The notes below the pieces were generated by a model that searched no databases, had not been told where the DNA came from, and saw only the letters and a list, made by a program, of their open reading frames with translations. Positions 1-9,683 of a stretch of DNA of 16,763 nucleotides are shown piece after piece (the first letter of the stretch is position 1; every line of letters starts with the position of its first letter). The position numbers and the translations under genes were made by a program. This DNA comes from Octopus sinensis (lineage: Eukaryota): contig NW_021836974.1 in assembly GCF_006345805.1 (NCBI RefSeq), forward strand, positions 1 through 16,763. The letters run 5' to 3'.

Positions 1-142
1 TCAGTATGCGCAAAGTAATTTATTTTACTAAGCCCTTTTATATAATGTATATTTGAATTTGCCTTAAATGGTCCATTGCATACTGAATACTTGGTGAAAT
101 TGATTAATTAATTAATTAATTTTTACCCTCAATTGTTGAAAT

Positions 143-166
143 TATATATATATATATATATATATA

Positions 167-199
<33 letters not shown>

Positions 200-218
200 T
201 GTATGTATGTATGTATGT
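143..218. repeat. (TA)n/(TATG)n microsatellite
   Basis: Directly visible simple repeat. Confidence 0.95.
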
Positions 219-491
219 GGAGGCGCAGTGGCCTAGTGGTTAGGGCAGCGGACTCGCGGTCGTAGGATCGCGGTTTCCATTCCCAGACCGGGCGTTGTGA
301 GTGTTTATTGAGCGAAAACACCTAAAGCTCCACGAGGCTCCGGCAGGGGGTGGTGGCGATCCCTGCTGTACTCTTTCGCCACAACTTTCACTCTTTCTTC
401 CGTTGGCCTGCTCGCTTAGCCAGCGGGGTGGCGTCATTTGAAGGCTATAACAATGTGAAGCGGATTGTGACCAGCGATGTGTAACAACATC
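219..491 (+). mobile_element. tRNA-derived SINE (Octopus OR-type), 3' end probably truncated
   Basis: tRNA-like head with A box TGGCCTAGTGG (229-239) and imperfect B box GGTTTCCATTCCC (272-284), followed by a non-tRNA body (ttgtgagtgtttattgagcgaaaacac...). Inserted between microsatellites. Confidence 0.8.
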
Positions 492-504
492 ATATATATA
501 TATA

Positions 505-640
505 CGCATGAGTGGCTGTATGGTAAGTAGCTTCAGTCCCACTGCGTGGCACCTTGGGTAAGTATCTTCTATTATAGCCTCGGGCCGACCAAAGCCTTGT
601 GAGTGGATTTGGTAGACGGAAACTGGAAAAATCCTGTCAT
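505..640 (+). mobile_element. SINE family A, 5' part (tRNA-like head with 26-nt internal deletion)
   Basis: Matches the reverse complement of 15648-15741 and 12010-12160 (tggtaagtagctt...cagtcccactgcgtggcaccttggg...tatagc). Confidence 0.85.
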
Positions 641-733
641 ATATGTATTTATGTGTGTATGTGTAATCTCTATAGTAGATATATGAACAGGACAAATATA
701 GTGATTTGTCCGTAGATTGAAAAATGATGAACA

Positions 734-775
734 ACCTAACTGATTTTCGGACCTTATTGAACTATCATCAGAGGT
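734..775 (-). ncRNA. Degenerate Penelope-type minimal hammerhead ribozyme-like motif
   Basis: Minus strand reads ACCT-CTGATGA-(16 nt)-GAAA-ATCAG-TT-AGGT. The 4-bp stem I and core spacing are correct, but stems II and III are poorly paired. Confidence 0.35.
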
Positions 776-859
776 ATATACATCAATTTGACTAATCCCA
801 GTGAAGCTAGCAGCCAACCTGTTTATATATATTTAACAATTTCAGTAGCTGTGAATCAT

Positions 860-897
<38 letters not shown>

Positions 898-921
898 TGA
901 TTGTGTATGTGTGCGTGTGTG
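860..921. repeat. (TG)n microsatellite
   Basis: Directly visible. Confidence 0.95.
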
Positions 922-944
922 TCTTCTTGATTTATTCCAATCAG

Positions 945-1170
945 GGCATGACAACAGGTGTTGGTGTGTTTATGTTCCTGTTAACCTTTTCGGTTCGGCA
1001 AAAGAGACCAATAGATTAAGTACCAGGCTGTACCAAAAAAAAAAGAGGGAAAAGAAAAAAAGTAATAGAAAAAGAAGTACCGGAGTCGATCTGTCCTACA
1101 AAAAACCTTTCAGGCGGTGCCCCGGCATGGCTGCAGTCCAATGACTGAAACAAGTAAAACGATAAGAGAT
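945..1170 (+). mobile_element. SINE family A, 3' part
   Basis: gacaacaggtgttggtgtgtttatg...aggcggtgccccggcatggctgcagtccaatgactgaaacaagtaaaa is homologous to the reverse complement of 2780-2975 and 3980-4135. Confidence 0.8.
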
Positions 1171-1680
1171 ATAAAATGTAATTATTTATCTGTCTGTCTG
1201 TCTGTCTGTCTCTCCTTCCCTCCTTTCTCTCTCTCATTTCGCTCTGAGTATATATAAATAAGACCCCCAAAGTACTATATGTAGATGCATATAACGCTGT
1301 AGGGATACACCTGATTGATTTAGAAATTTTTTTTCCCAAATTATAATATATATATGTATGTAGGTATATTAAATATATATATATATAATATATATATTAT
1401 ATATATATATATACAGAGAGGGGGAGAGGATTGGAAAGAGAGCACACGATTTCAGTAAAACACAAAGAGTTTAAGACATATAGGTTACATAATTACAGGA
1501 ATAGTAAATGACTTATTTGGAATGTTTCCCAGTTCTATTACTGTATTTCTATGTTAGACTAACTAAAATTAAATTATATAAATCTATCATAACACTCGCA
1601 CTTGTTATTTTGGCTTGCTACTTGTTGCTGCACCATCCACGTCTTACTTTCTCTCTTTCTTTCCTCCTTTCTATCCTTCT

Positions 1681-1681
1681 G

Positions 1682-1725
<44 letters not shown>

Positions 1726-2020
1726 TTCTTTCCTGCTGTCCTTCATTTTTTTCTTTCGTTTTCTCTTTTTCTGTGCTTAGAGGCATACATACACACAGAT
1801 ATATGTATGTATGTATGTAGGTATGTTGGATGTATGTATGTATGTATATATATATATAATAATATATATATATATTATATATATATAGATATATAATATA
1901 TAGATATATGTACATATATATATTTGTATATATATGTACATATATATATGTATACATACATACGCACGAACACATACACACACACACACACATATATATA
2001 TACATATATATATATTATAT
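1681..2020. repeat. (CTTT)n followed by degenerate TA/TATG/CA microsatellites
   Basis: Directly visible; explains the low-complexity ORFs at 1508-2005. Confidence 0.9.
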
Positions 2021-2498
2021 TAAATTCAAATTACGATGAACGTAAACAAACAAACGAAGTTTGCTTTAGAAGCGTTGAGATGTCTTAGAAAGTTAAAGAA
2101 GTGATTTTAAATTCTCAAACGTAGGGTAATGCTAATAGTATAGCCTGAACGGGATAAGTTACCCCTATTTTGCAATATATATATATATATTCAAACATAT
2201 AAGGGATGGCCATAATAGGACATCCGACTCACTAGAAAGAGCAGCCAAACTCCAAACCACAAATAGTTGTAATTCTGAAATGGAAAGAGAAATAAAAACG
2301 TTTACCCTCTCCTTTCTGGACTATGCATAGTTTCGGCAATCTTTTGTAAATAAAGTAAATTTATTTACAACTGGCGTTGCTTCTTCATGTTTGAATGTAT
2401 ATTACATAGTCTATTGACTATTTTTTCTTTCTCACTTGACCGCTGGTAGCGGAGAGTTCTTCTAGAATTTTTTGCTACCCTAAAATTTATTAATTATT

Positions 2499-2504
<6 letters not shown>

Positions 2505-2555
<51 letters not shown>
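2505..2555. repeat. (TA)n microsatellite
   Basis: Directly visible. Confidence 0.95.
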
Positions 2556-2559
<4 letters not shown>

Positions 2560-2779
2560 TACATTGACCTTCCATTCATCCATTTATCTATCTGTGTGTG
2601 AGTGTCAGTGAGTCTGTTTAAAATGTCTTTCTTCATGTCTGTCTTCCCGTCGACACTGTTTAAGGACCAAGATGGTGGCTACAGACCCGATCTTGAACCG
2701 CAACACCCTTGCTTGTTACGTGTTGGTGGAATTCAAGCGGAAATAATATATTCTTATTTTTTGAGTATCTTTTAGCTTT

Positions 2780-2975
2780 TATTCTTTTACTTGTTTCAAT
2801 CGTTTAACTGTCGCCATGCTGAGGCATCCTCCTTGAAGAGTTTTTGTCCAACACATCCACCACAGGACTTTTTTTTTGTTTTGTTTCAGCCTGATACTTA
2901 TTCTGACGGTGTCTTTACAGGGACATAAACACACTAACATCGGGTGTCAAGCGATTGCGAGAGGCAAACATAAAC
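2780..2975 (-). mobile_element. SINE family A, 3' part, diverged
   Basis: ttttacttgtttcaatcg...ccatgctgaggcatc...gacataaacacactaacatcgggtgtcaagcg is the reverse-complement homolog of 945-1170. Confidence 0.75.
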
Positions 2976-3074
2976 ACACACATACGCACACACGCACACA
3001 CATACGTAAATATTTACATGTATTCTACGGTTATATTCTACGGATACGGAAATGTCGTCTGACGAGACTATCAT

Positions 3075-3950
3075 AGATGTACGGAAAGCGATGAAACCGT
3101 GTTGATGGACCCGTGCAGTCTCCGAGTATTGTTGATTCGTAAAATGATGTTGGCGCGTGGAGGACGAATCTGGTTTTCGATCACGTTCATCATCAGGGTC
3201 ACCCTATCACTCATCTTTAATAAGGCTGGGAGGGCTGAGTAGTTGGTGTTGTTCTGTCTAGCGTATATAGCGAAAGAAGCTGTGTGGTGGACAAGACCGA
3301 AAGGATTAAGAGCAGACACCTTCCTCTTCAGTCAAGCCTTTATAGACTTTTTAAGTTCCACTGAAGCAAGGGAAACCAGGTTGGAGATGAAAGTCCTCCC
3401 CGCGATAAAATTAGTCAAAACGCGGGTGATTAAGGCAAAAATGGTTAGGGTGAACGAATCTACTTTAAGCGGCTCGATGGTTAGAGTGTCTGGCTCAAAA
3501 CCATAAGGTAGCGAGTTCGATTCCCAGACCAGGCTGTGTATTGTGTTCTTGAGCAAGACACTTTATTTCACGTTGCTCCAGTTCACTCAGCTATAGAAAC
3601 GAGTTACGACGTCACAGGTGCCAAGATGTATCGGTCCCTTTGCCTTTCTCTTGGATAAAATTGGTGGCGTGGAGACAGGAGGCTGGTATGGATAGGTGGC
3701 TGCTGGTCTTCCACAAACAACATTGCGCAGACTTGTGCCTCGGGTGGGGGTTGGGGAACTTTCTAGGAGCAATCCCATGGTCATTCATGACCGAAAGGGG
3801 TCTTTACCCTATTGCTGCTGCAGAAAAATAACTGGACTAGGGCTTGTGCCTTTGGAGGTCAAAGAGATCCTGGATTAGTAGAGTTCCTTGCTTGGCCCTA
3901 TTTAGAGCTTCCCTTGGCCCTATTTAGAGGTTCTCTTGTATCAAGAGAAC
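3075..3950 (+). other. Unidentified coding-like interspersed sequence split by a SINE (3075-3467 and 3812-3950)
   Basis: Non-repetitive, GC-richer island. The + frame has one stop over ~130 codons and can rejoin ORF 3812 if the SINE is removed. A diverged homolog lies at 12940-13077 on the opposite strand. Confidence 0.4.
3469..3810 (+). mobile_element. CORE-type tRNA SINE (OR2-like), near full length
   Basis: tRNA head with B box GTTCGATTCC. The segment gtgttcttgagcaagacactttatttcacgttgctccagttcactcagct resembles the MIR/CORE domain. 3' hairpin GGTCAT-TC-ATGACC (3779-3792). Colinear with 13738-14075. Confidence 0.88.
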
Positions 3951-3979
3951 AGCATTTTTCATGTCTTCACACGTTTAGT

Positions 3980-4135
3980 ATACTTTTATCTGTTGTCTCA
4001 GTCATTCGACTCCGGCCATGCTGGGGCATCACCTTGACGGGTGACGGAGGTGTAAGTGAATCAACACCAGTTGTCAAACGGCGGTGGCGGACAAATAAAA
4101 GAGACACGCACGGGTTTCTTTCAGTTTCTTTTCTC
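3980..4135 (-). mobile_element. SINE family A, internally deleted 3' part
   Basis: cagtcattcgactccggccatgctggggcatcaccttg...ttgtcaaacgg...gggtttctttcagtttc matches family A on the minus strand. Confidence 0.7.
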
Positions 4136-4328
4136 GACTCGAGGCTATAGAAGAAGGGGCGCCGCAGTGGGACTGGACGGTTGGGAAGCAGGCTACACGC
4201 TGTGTCTATTCTTTTATTTCATCTGTTCCCCCTCTTTTCCCTATCTTTCCCATTCTCTCCCCCCCCCCCAAACTGTAAACTGTTCTTGTAATGTATTCCT
4301 CAACTGATGTCCCTGCGGCTAATAAACA

Positions 4329-4329
4329 A

Positions 4330-4373
<44 letters not shown>

Positions 4374-4426
4374 GTAGTAGTAGTAGTAGTAGTAGTGTTG
4401 GTGGTGGTGATGGTGGTGGTGGTGGT
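4329..4426. repeat. Compound (ATT)n-(AGT)n-(GGT)n microsatellite
   Basis: Directly visible. Confidence 0.95.
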
Positions 4427-4699
4427 AACTTGTTATCGTCGTCGTCGATATCGTCCTCCTTCACATCCTCCTCCGTCTCATCGCTAGTATCGCCATCTTC
4501 AACCACAATCATTATGCATAACAAGTGATAATTGACTTGTTTGCTTTTAAAATAAATGTTATTACTAAAGAGAGATGGAGAGAGAAACAGAGAGTGAGAG
4601 AGAGAGAGAGTGAGTAAGTGAGAGAGAGAGAGAAGAGAAAAATAAATGGAGAAATGAGGTTAGAGATGTAATATCATTTTATTTTGGATGTGTAAATGA

Positions 4700-4714
4700 T
4701 TAACGATAATAATG

Positions 4715-4754
<40 letters not shown>

Positions 4755-4938
4755 TGATGGTGATGATAATAGATAACAATAATGGTTTCATTTATGATGA
4801 TGATGATAATAATAATAATAATAATAATAATAATAGTAATAATAATGATGATGATGGTGATGATAATAGATAATAATAATGGTTTCATTTATGATGATGA
4901 TGATAATAATAATAATAATAGTAATAATAATTATAATG

Positions 4939-4981
<43 letters not shown>

Positions 4982-5085
4982 TAATAATGATCACGATGAT
5001 ATCGTCATAAATAACAATTGCAATAATAATAATAATAATGATAATAATAATAATGATAATAATAATAATGATAATAATAATAATG

Positions 5086-5119
<34 letters not shown>

Positions 5120-5312
5120 TAATAATAATAATAATAATGATAGTAATAATAATAATGATAATAATGATCACGATAATATCGTCATGAATAACAATTGCAA
5201 TAATAATGATAATAATAATAATGATAATGATAATATTGTCATCAATAAAAGCATGATAGTAGCATTAACAACTAGAAAAATAAAAATAGTAGTAGTAGTA
5301 GTAGTAGTAGTA
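4700..5312. repeat. Long (AAT/GAT)n array with internal higher-order duplications
   Basis: Unique anchors are duplicated: ggtttcattt at 4784 and 4881, gatcacgat...caattgc at 4989 and 5166. Confidence 0.92.
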
Positions 5313-5789
5313 ATTCTGAAAATTTGTATTCTCACTGTGACACCTAAATTAAACTAATATCAAAACATCGCCCTTCTTCCATCACCTTTTCTTCCCACCA
5401 CCCCCGCTGCCATCGATATTTATAACACTTTAGAAACATCCATTAATAAGTTGTTATGTCGAGAAGAGAAACTGATTTAGTTCGTTGCGGTGGTCGCTGC
5501 CTTGCTAATTCTCCAGGCTGACATGTACGACCGTGTGCTTAAGGTGTGAAGTTCTTTTAGCAATCATGGTTTCTGAGTTTGATCTCAATACGCGGCACCT
5601 GGAACCAGGTTTCCTCTTTTTATAGCTTCAAGTTGAACAATTTTTTTTTTGCTGCTTTTTATGTGAAAAAAACTGTAAGAACAGGAGCTGCGTCAAAAGC
5701 CGTCGGATGATATGAGCCATGTAATGGGGGTCGATGAAAACGACTAGCCCTTACGCTCTTAAAATTGTTGGCCTTATTATCGATAGCCC

Positions 5790-5995
5790 ACCGGACAAAA
5801 TGCTTGATAAAAATGCTTCGTTGCATTTTGTCCGGCTTCAGGTTCTGAGTTCAAATTCTGCAGGGATCGATTTTACCTTTCATCCTTTTGGGGTCGATAA
5901 AATAAGTACCAGTTGAGCACCGGAGTCAATGTAATCGACCAACCGCTCTCCTTAAAAAAAAAACCCTTCAGACCTTGTGCTTATCGCTGAAAAGA
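5790..5995 (+). mobile_element. Nin/Deu-domain-like SINE (family B), diverged
   Basis: gttctgagttcaaattc...cctttcatccttttggggtcgataaaataagtaccagtt is shared with 11183-11401. Confidence 0.8.
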
Positions 5996-6012
5996 TTATT
6001 ATTATTATTATT

Positions 6013-6081
<69 letters not shown>
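5996..6081. repeat. (ATT)n-(ATC)n-(ATT)n microsatellite
   Basis: Directly visible. Confidence 0.95.
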
Positions 6082-6172
6082 TTTATATGTTTTTCTTCAA
6101 TTTTGTTTCCATTTCTAACCGAGTGTCATCTCGACACCTAAGGCAAAGAAACTACTGCATACATTGATAGGC
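6082..6172 (-). mobile_element. 3' terminal fragment of a TAA-tailed non-LTR retrotransposon
   Basis: Minus strand cactcggttagaaatggaaacaaaattgaagaaaaaca runs into (TAA)n; homologous to 15048-15102. Confidence 0.55.
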
Positions 6173-6195
6173 TAATAATGATAATAATATTGTTG

Positions 6196-6257
6196 TCCTC
6201 CTCCCCCTCCTCCTCCTCCTCTTCCTTCTTCTTCTTCTTCTTCTTCTTCTTCTTCTT

Positions 6258-6326
<69 letters not shown>
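6196..6326. repeat. Compound (TCC)n-(TTC)n-(TTA)n microsatellite
   Basis: Directly visible. Confidence 0.95.
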
Positions 6327-6328
<2 letters not shown>

Positions 6329-6535
6329 AGCGTCGAGCTGTCAGAATCGATAGCACGGCGGATAAAATGCTTCGCAATATTTTGTCCAACTTTACATTCT
6401 GAGTTCAAATTCCGCTGAGGTCGACTTCGCCTTTCATCTTTTCATCTATTCGGAGGTCACTTTAGTAAGTAGCAGTTAAGTACTGGTGACTTTCTCCACT
6501 CAGTAAAATTGTTGGCCTTGAAATTAGAAAGATTT
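6327..6535 (+). mobile_element. SINE family B (Nin/Deu-like), diverged
   Basis: Head aaagcgtcgagctgtcagaatcg... and ttctgagttcaaattccgctgaggtcgacttcgcctttcatc. Confidence 0.8.
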
Positions 6536-6761
6536 TTTCTCTTTTTTTTTTTATCCAGCTGAAATATTTTGAAACTTCATGTAATTGCGACCATAAGATA
6601 AAGTCACTGTTGTGTAACTGGAACGCGGCCTTGAAACTCACTCGTTTAATATGAATGTTGAGAGCGGAGAATTTAACGATTAGTCAGATCAGTTGAAGAT
6701 TGATATGAATATATATTTTATAATGAGGCAGTGAGGAAAAGTATTGTTTTTTATTTTTGCT

Positions 6762-7358
6762 TTTGTAATGAATAATGTAACAGTATTTCATAATGTAACA
6801 GTATTTCATTTCTGTATTTGGTTGGCCAATATTCTTAATGTAGACCCATGTGTCGAAACAGATTTGGTTGTATCTCGGGAAGGACACTACGCCACAGAAG
6901 TGAAATGGGACCAGTGCGTGTGTTTTTGTAGTGAATAATGTAATGGTATTTCGTTTCTTATTTGGTTGGCCAATATTCTTAATGTAGACCCATGTGTTGA
7001 AACAGATTTGGTTGTAACTCGGGAAGGTCATTAAGTCACAGAAGTGAAATGGGACCAGTGCGTGTGTTTTTGTAATGAATAATGTAATAGTATTTCGTTT
7101 CTTATTTGGTTTGCCAATATTCTTGATGTGGACCTGTGTGTTAAAATGGATTTGTTTGTATCTCGGGAAGGTCATTACGCCACAGAAGTGAAATGGAACC
7201 AGTGTGTGTGTTTTTGTAATGAATAATGTAATAGTATTTCGTTTCTTATTTGGTTTGCCAATATTCTTGATGTGGACCTGTGTGTTAAAATAGATTTGTT
7301 TATATCTCGGGAAGGTCATTATGCCACAGAAGTGAAATGGAACCAGTGTGTGTGTGTT
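6762..7358. repeat. Tandem array of ~4 x 144 bp
   Basis: Anchor aatattctt recurs at 6828, 6972, 7116 and 7260 (period exactly 144), giving the 48-aa repeat in ORF 6684-7370(-). Confidence 0.97.
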
Positions 7359-7879
7359 TATTATTGGCATAATAAAAGAAAATGTAGTAGTAGTAGTACT
7401 AACTATATAGATTAGAGATAGAATGGTCTCGAGTGGATCTCTTTTGATCTTAGGTCTGCTTGTTCAAAGAACAACAGCGACTACAATAGCACAAGACATT
7501 AAGATTTTAACCTTTTAACATTTTCACTCGTATATGATGAACGTAAATGGTTAAAAGATGACGTTTGATGTTTACACACACACACACATACACACATACA
7601 TACACACATACACACACGCGCCTATAAATATAAACACTTATACATGAGAGATAGAGAGGAGCAGTGAGACAGAGCGAGTGACAGAAGGATACACACGCAA
7701 AAACCTACATAAGCGTCCAGGAATACGCACAAATATATGTGCATAAACAGACGCACACGCATGAAAGCAAACAGGCACATACACATACGTAGCATATATG
7801 CATACATACACACACTACATATATAAAAGAATATGCATGAATATACAGTACACACATATGCATAAGTATGTGTGTGTGA

Positions 7880-7973
7880 GCGAAGGTCATTGCTCAGTGG
7901 TAAGAGCGTCGGTCTCACAATCATGAGGTAGTGAGTTAGATTCCCGGACCGGTCTGTATGTTGTGTTCTTGAG
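7880..7973 (+). mobile_element. CORE-type SINE, 5' fragment
   Basis: tgctcagtggtaagagcgtcgg...ttcccggaccgg...ttgtgttcttgag matches 13738-13832. Confidence 0.8.
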
Positions 7974-8162
7974 AACCTTGTGGTCCCTTGAGCATCTTTA
8001 GCGGGCGGTTGAGACTAGTTAGAGGGTAGGTGGGTGGGACGATATTATCTTCAAACCGGGATTTGGCACAAAGAAGGTCTTACTAAAGGTACCCGAAGAC
8101 TAAGCAGTGGTGTTCATAAAATCAAGCGACGGATTAAGACTACCACTCGTGGATGCCGTAAT

Positions 8163-8492
8163 GGGATTTGAGGTCATAACGCAAAAAAGGAGTAAATTAC
8201 CGCAAGGCATCCTCTGAGACGCTCAAGCGTTTCTGTTCGTCCACCGATCTAGACTGGTACTTTATTTATCGACCCCGGAAGAATGAAAAATAAAGCTGAT
8301 CTCGACAGGATTTGAACAGAAAAAAAAAAAACTCGACCTAATTACCGCAAGATATCTCAGGCATCGCTCAAACGTTTCTGTCAGTTCATCATTCTAGAAT
8401 GCAAAGCGAAGTTGACGCTGGAAAGATTTGAACTCAGAATTTGAGCTCCGAAATAAACACTGCAAAGCATTTCCTAAGACGCTCTAACGTTT
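8163..8492 (-). mobile_element. Three head-to-tail degenerate SINE family B fragments
   Basis: The motif series gatttga...cgcaag...cgctc...cgtttct recurs three times (~8163-8245, ~8252-8390, ~8397-8492). Confidence 0.65.
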
Positions 8493-8493
8493 C

Positions 8494-8708
8494 TTATTTC
8501 CCACAAGAGGGGACAAAAAAAGGACAGACAAAGGGATTAAGTCGATTACATCGACCCCCAGTGCGTAACTGGCACTTAATTTAACGATCCCGAAAGGATG
8601 AAAAGCAAAGTCGACCTCGGCGGAATTTGAACTCAAAACGTAATGGCAGACAAAATTCCGCTAAGCATTTCGCCCGGCATGCTAACGTTTCTGCCATCTC
8701 GCCGCCTT
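8494..8708 (-). mobile_element. SINE family B, well-preserved copy
   Basis: Reverse complement aligns along its length with 11183-11401. Confidence 0.9.
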
Positions 8709-8811
8709 GACGCCTATGCCAATTCGCCGTTTATGGCATATAAAAAGTATATTTAGCCATGGATGCCGTATTTGAATTAAGAGGGTCTCAACTGTAAAGA
8801 TGAAAGAACAG

Positions 8812-8850
8812 ATCGATTAGTTTCGCCTTTCATTAAAATCTCGTCAGATT
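8812..8850 (-). ncRNA. Degenerate Penelope-type minimal hammerhead ribozyme-like motif
   Basis: Minus strand: CTGACGA-GATTTT-AATG-AAAGGC-GAAA-CTAA-TC. Stem II pairs at 5 of 6 positions with a closing G-C; stem III is one change from the palindrome ACTAGT; stem I is weak. Confidence 0.45.
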
Positions 8851-9187
8851 TCGCTTATTTTTCGCCTGGCTGCCGAGAGAATGTAACAAAAGCTCATATG
8901 GGAATTGAAAACAAGATCAGAGTAATTCTGATCGTACAAACATATCGGAACAATGTTGCTTGTCTAGTTAATTAAATAGAGGCATCGACATATCGCGTTT
9001 GAGATAAAATTTACTAACAGAATTACAACCATTTGTCTTTAGTAAACACATATTTAACGAGGATCTGCTTTCAAAACTTGAGACTAAATACGATTTCTTT
9101 CAAACATATGGTTGTAATTCCATTTAAAAATTAAATCGCAGATATATTGTTTCGGTATACCATTTAGTATATCAGTATATATATATA

Positions 9188-9224
<37 letters not shown>

Positions 9225-9359
9225 CATATTTGTGTGTGTTTGCGCGTGCATCTGTGTGTGTGTGTGTGTGAGTCGGTCCAGGAATTGAAACCACGATGTC
9301 AGGATCTTGAATGTAGCACGCTCACTATACATGCATGCATACACATACGCACATATGTA

Positions 9360-9416
<57 letters not shown>

Positions 9417-9417
<1 letters not shown>

Positions 9418-9540
9418 ATAAAATCCGTTCTGTCTGTCTGTGTCTTCTAGGATCTCGGGCATCCTCCATCCGATTGCGCTCAAATTTGATATGTAGATAC
9501 CGACAGTATCAGGGCGTGTATAAGTCTTGAAAAAATTCAC
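9417..9540 (+). mobile_element. Possible non-autonomous Helitron/Helentron-like terminal fragment
   Basis: Layout ataaaa...tgtctgtctgt...ccgatt...aaattt resembles invertebrate non-autonomous rolling-circle element ends; no 3' hairpin/CTRR seen. Confidence 0.35.
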
Positions 9541-9587
9541 GTGATGACGTGATATATGAATGTAATAATTATCTATTCAGTTAAAAT

Positions 9588-9617
9588 GTGCGTGCGTGTG
9601 TGGTGTGCGTGTGCGTG

Positions 9618-9668
<51 letters not shown>

Positions 9669-9683
9669 GTGTGTGTGTGTGTG
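9588..9683. repeat. (TG)n/(TGCG)n microsatellite
   Basis: Directly visible. Confidence 0.95.

Noticed and set aside
219-295. tRNA gene (also 3469-3535 and 13738-13815)
   Set aside because: Stems are imperfect and each continues into a SINE-like body; these are SINE heads.
240-734. 164-aa minus-strand ORF
   Set aside because: Antisense read-through of two SINEs and microsatellite.
2655-2710. Hammerhead-like layout around the CAAGAT/ATCTTG stem
   Set aside because: Both catalytic boxes are absent (TTAAGGA, CGCAAC).
3172-3199. CTGATGA...GAAA on the minus strand
   Set aside because: No stem I or stem III pairing; expected by chance.
4428-4526. 9-bp inverted repeat flanking a degenerate triplet tract
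   Set aside because: Short and AT-rich with no TSD; insufficient for a MITE call.
4782-5357. 191-aa poly-Asn ORF and other low-complexity ORFs (1508-2005, 4300-4528, 6138-6402, 7622-7924, 9084-9540, 11878-12319)
   Set aside because: Translations of microsatellites that lack stops by construction.
5540-5705. Very old family A SINE head
   Set aside because: Only scattered short matches; cannot delimit or confirm by eye.
6762-7358. CRISPR-like array
   Set aside because: Whole units repeat with no unique spacers; eukaryotic context and no cas genes.
7974-8162. Possible third relative of the unidentified island
   Set aside because: Only a short catcttta match and scattered identities; not convincing.
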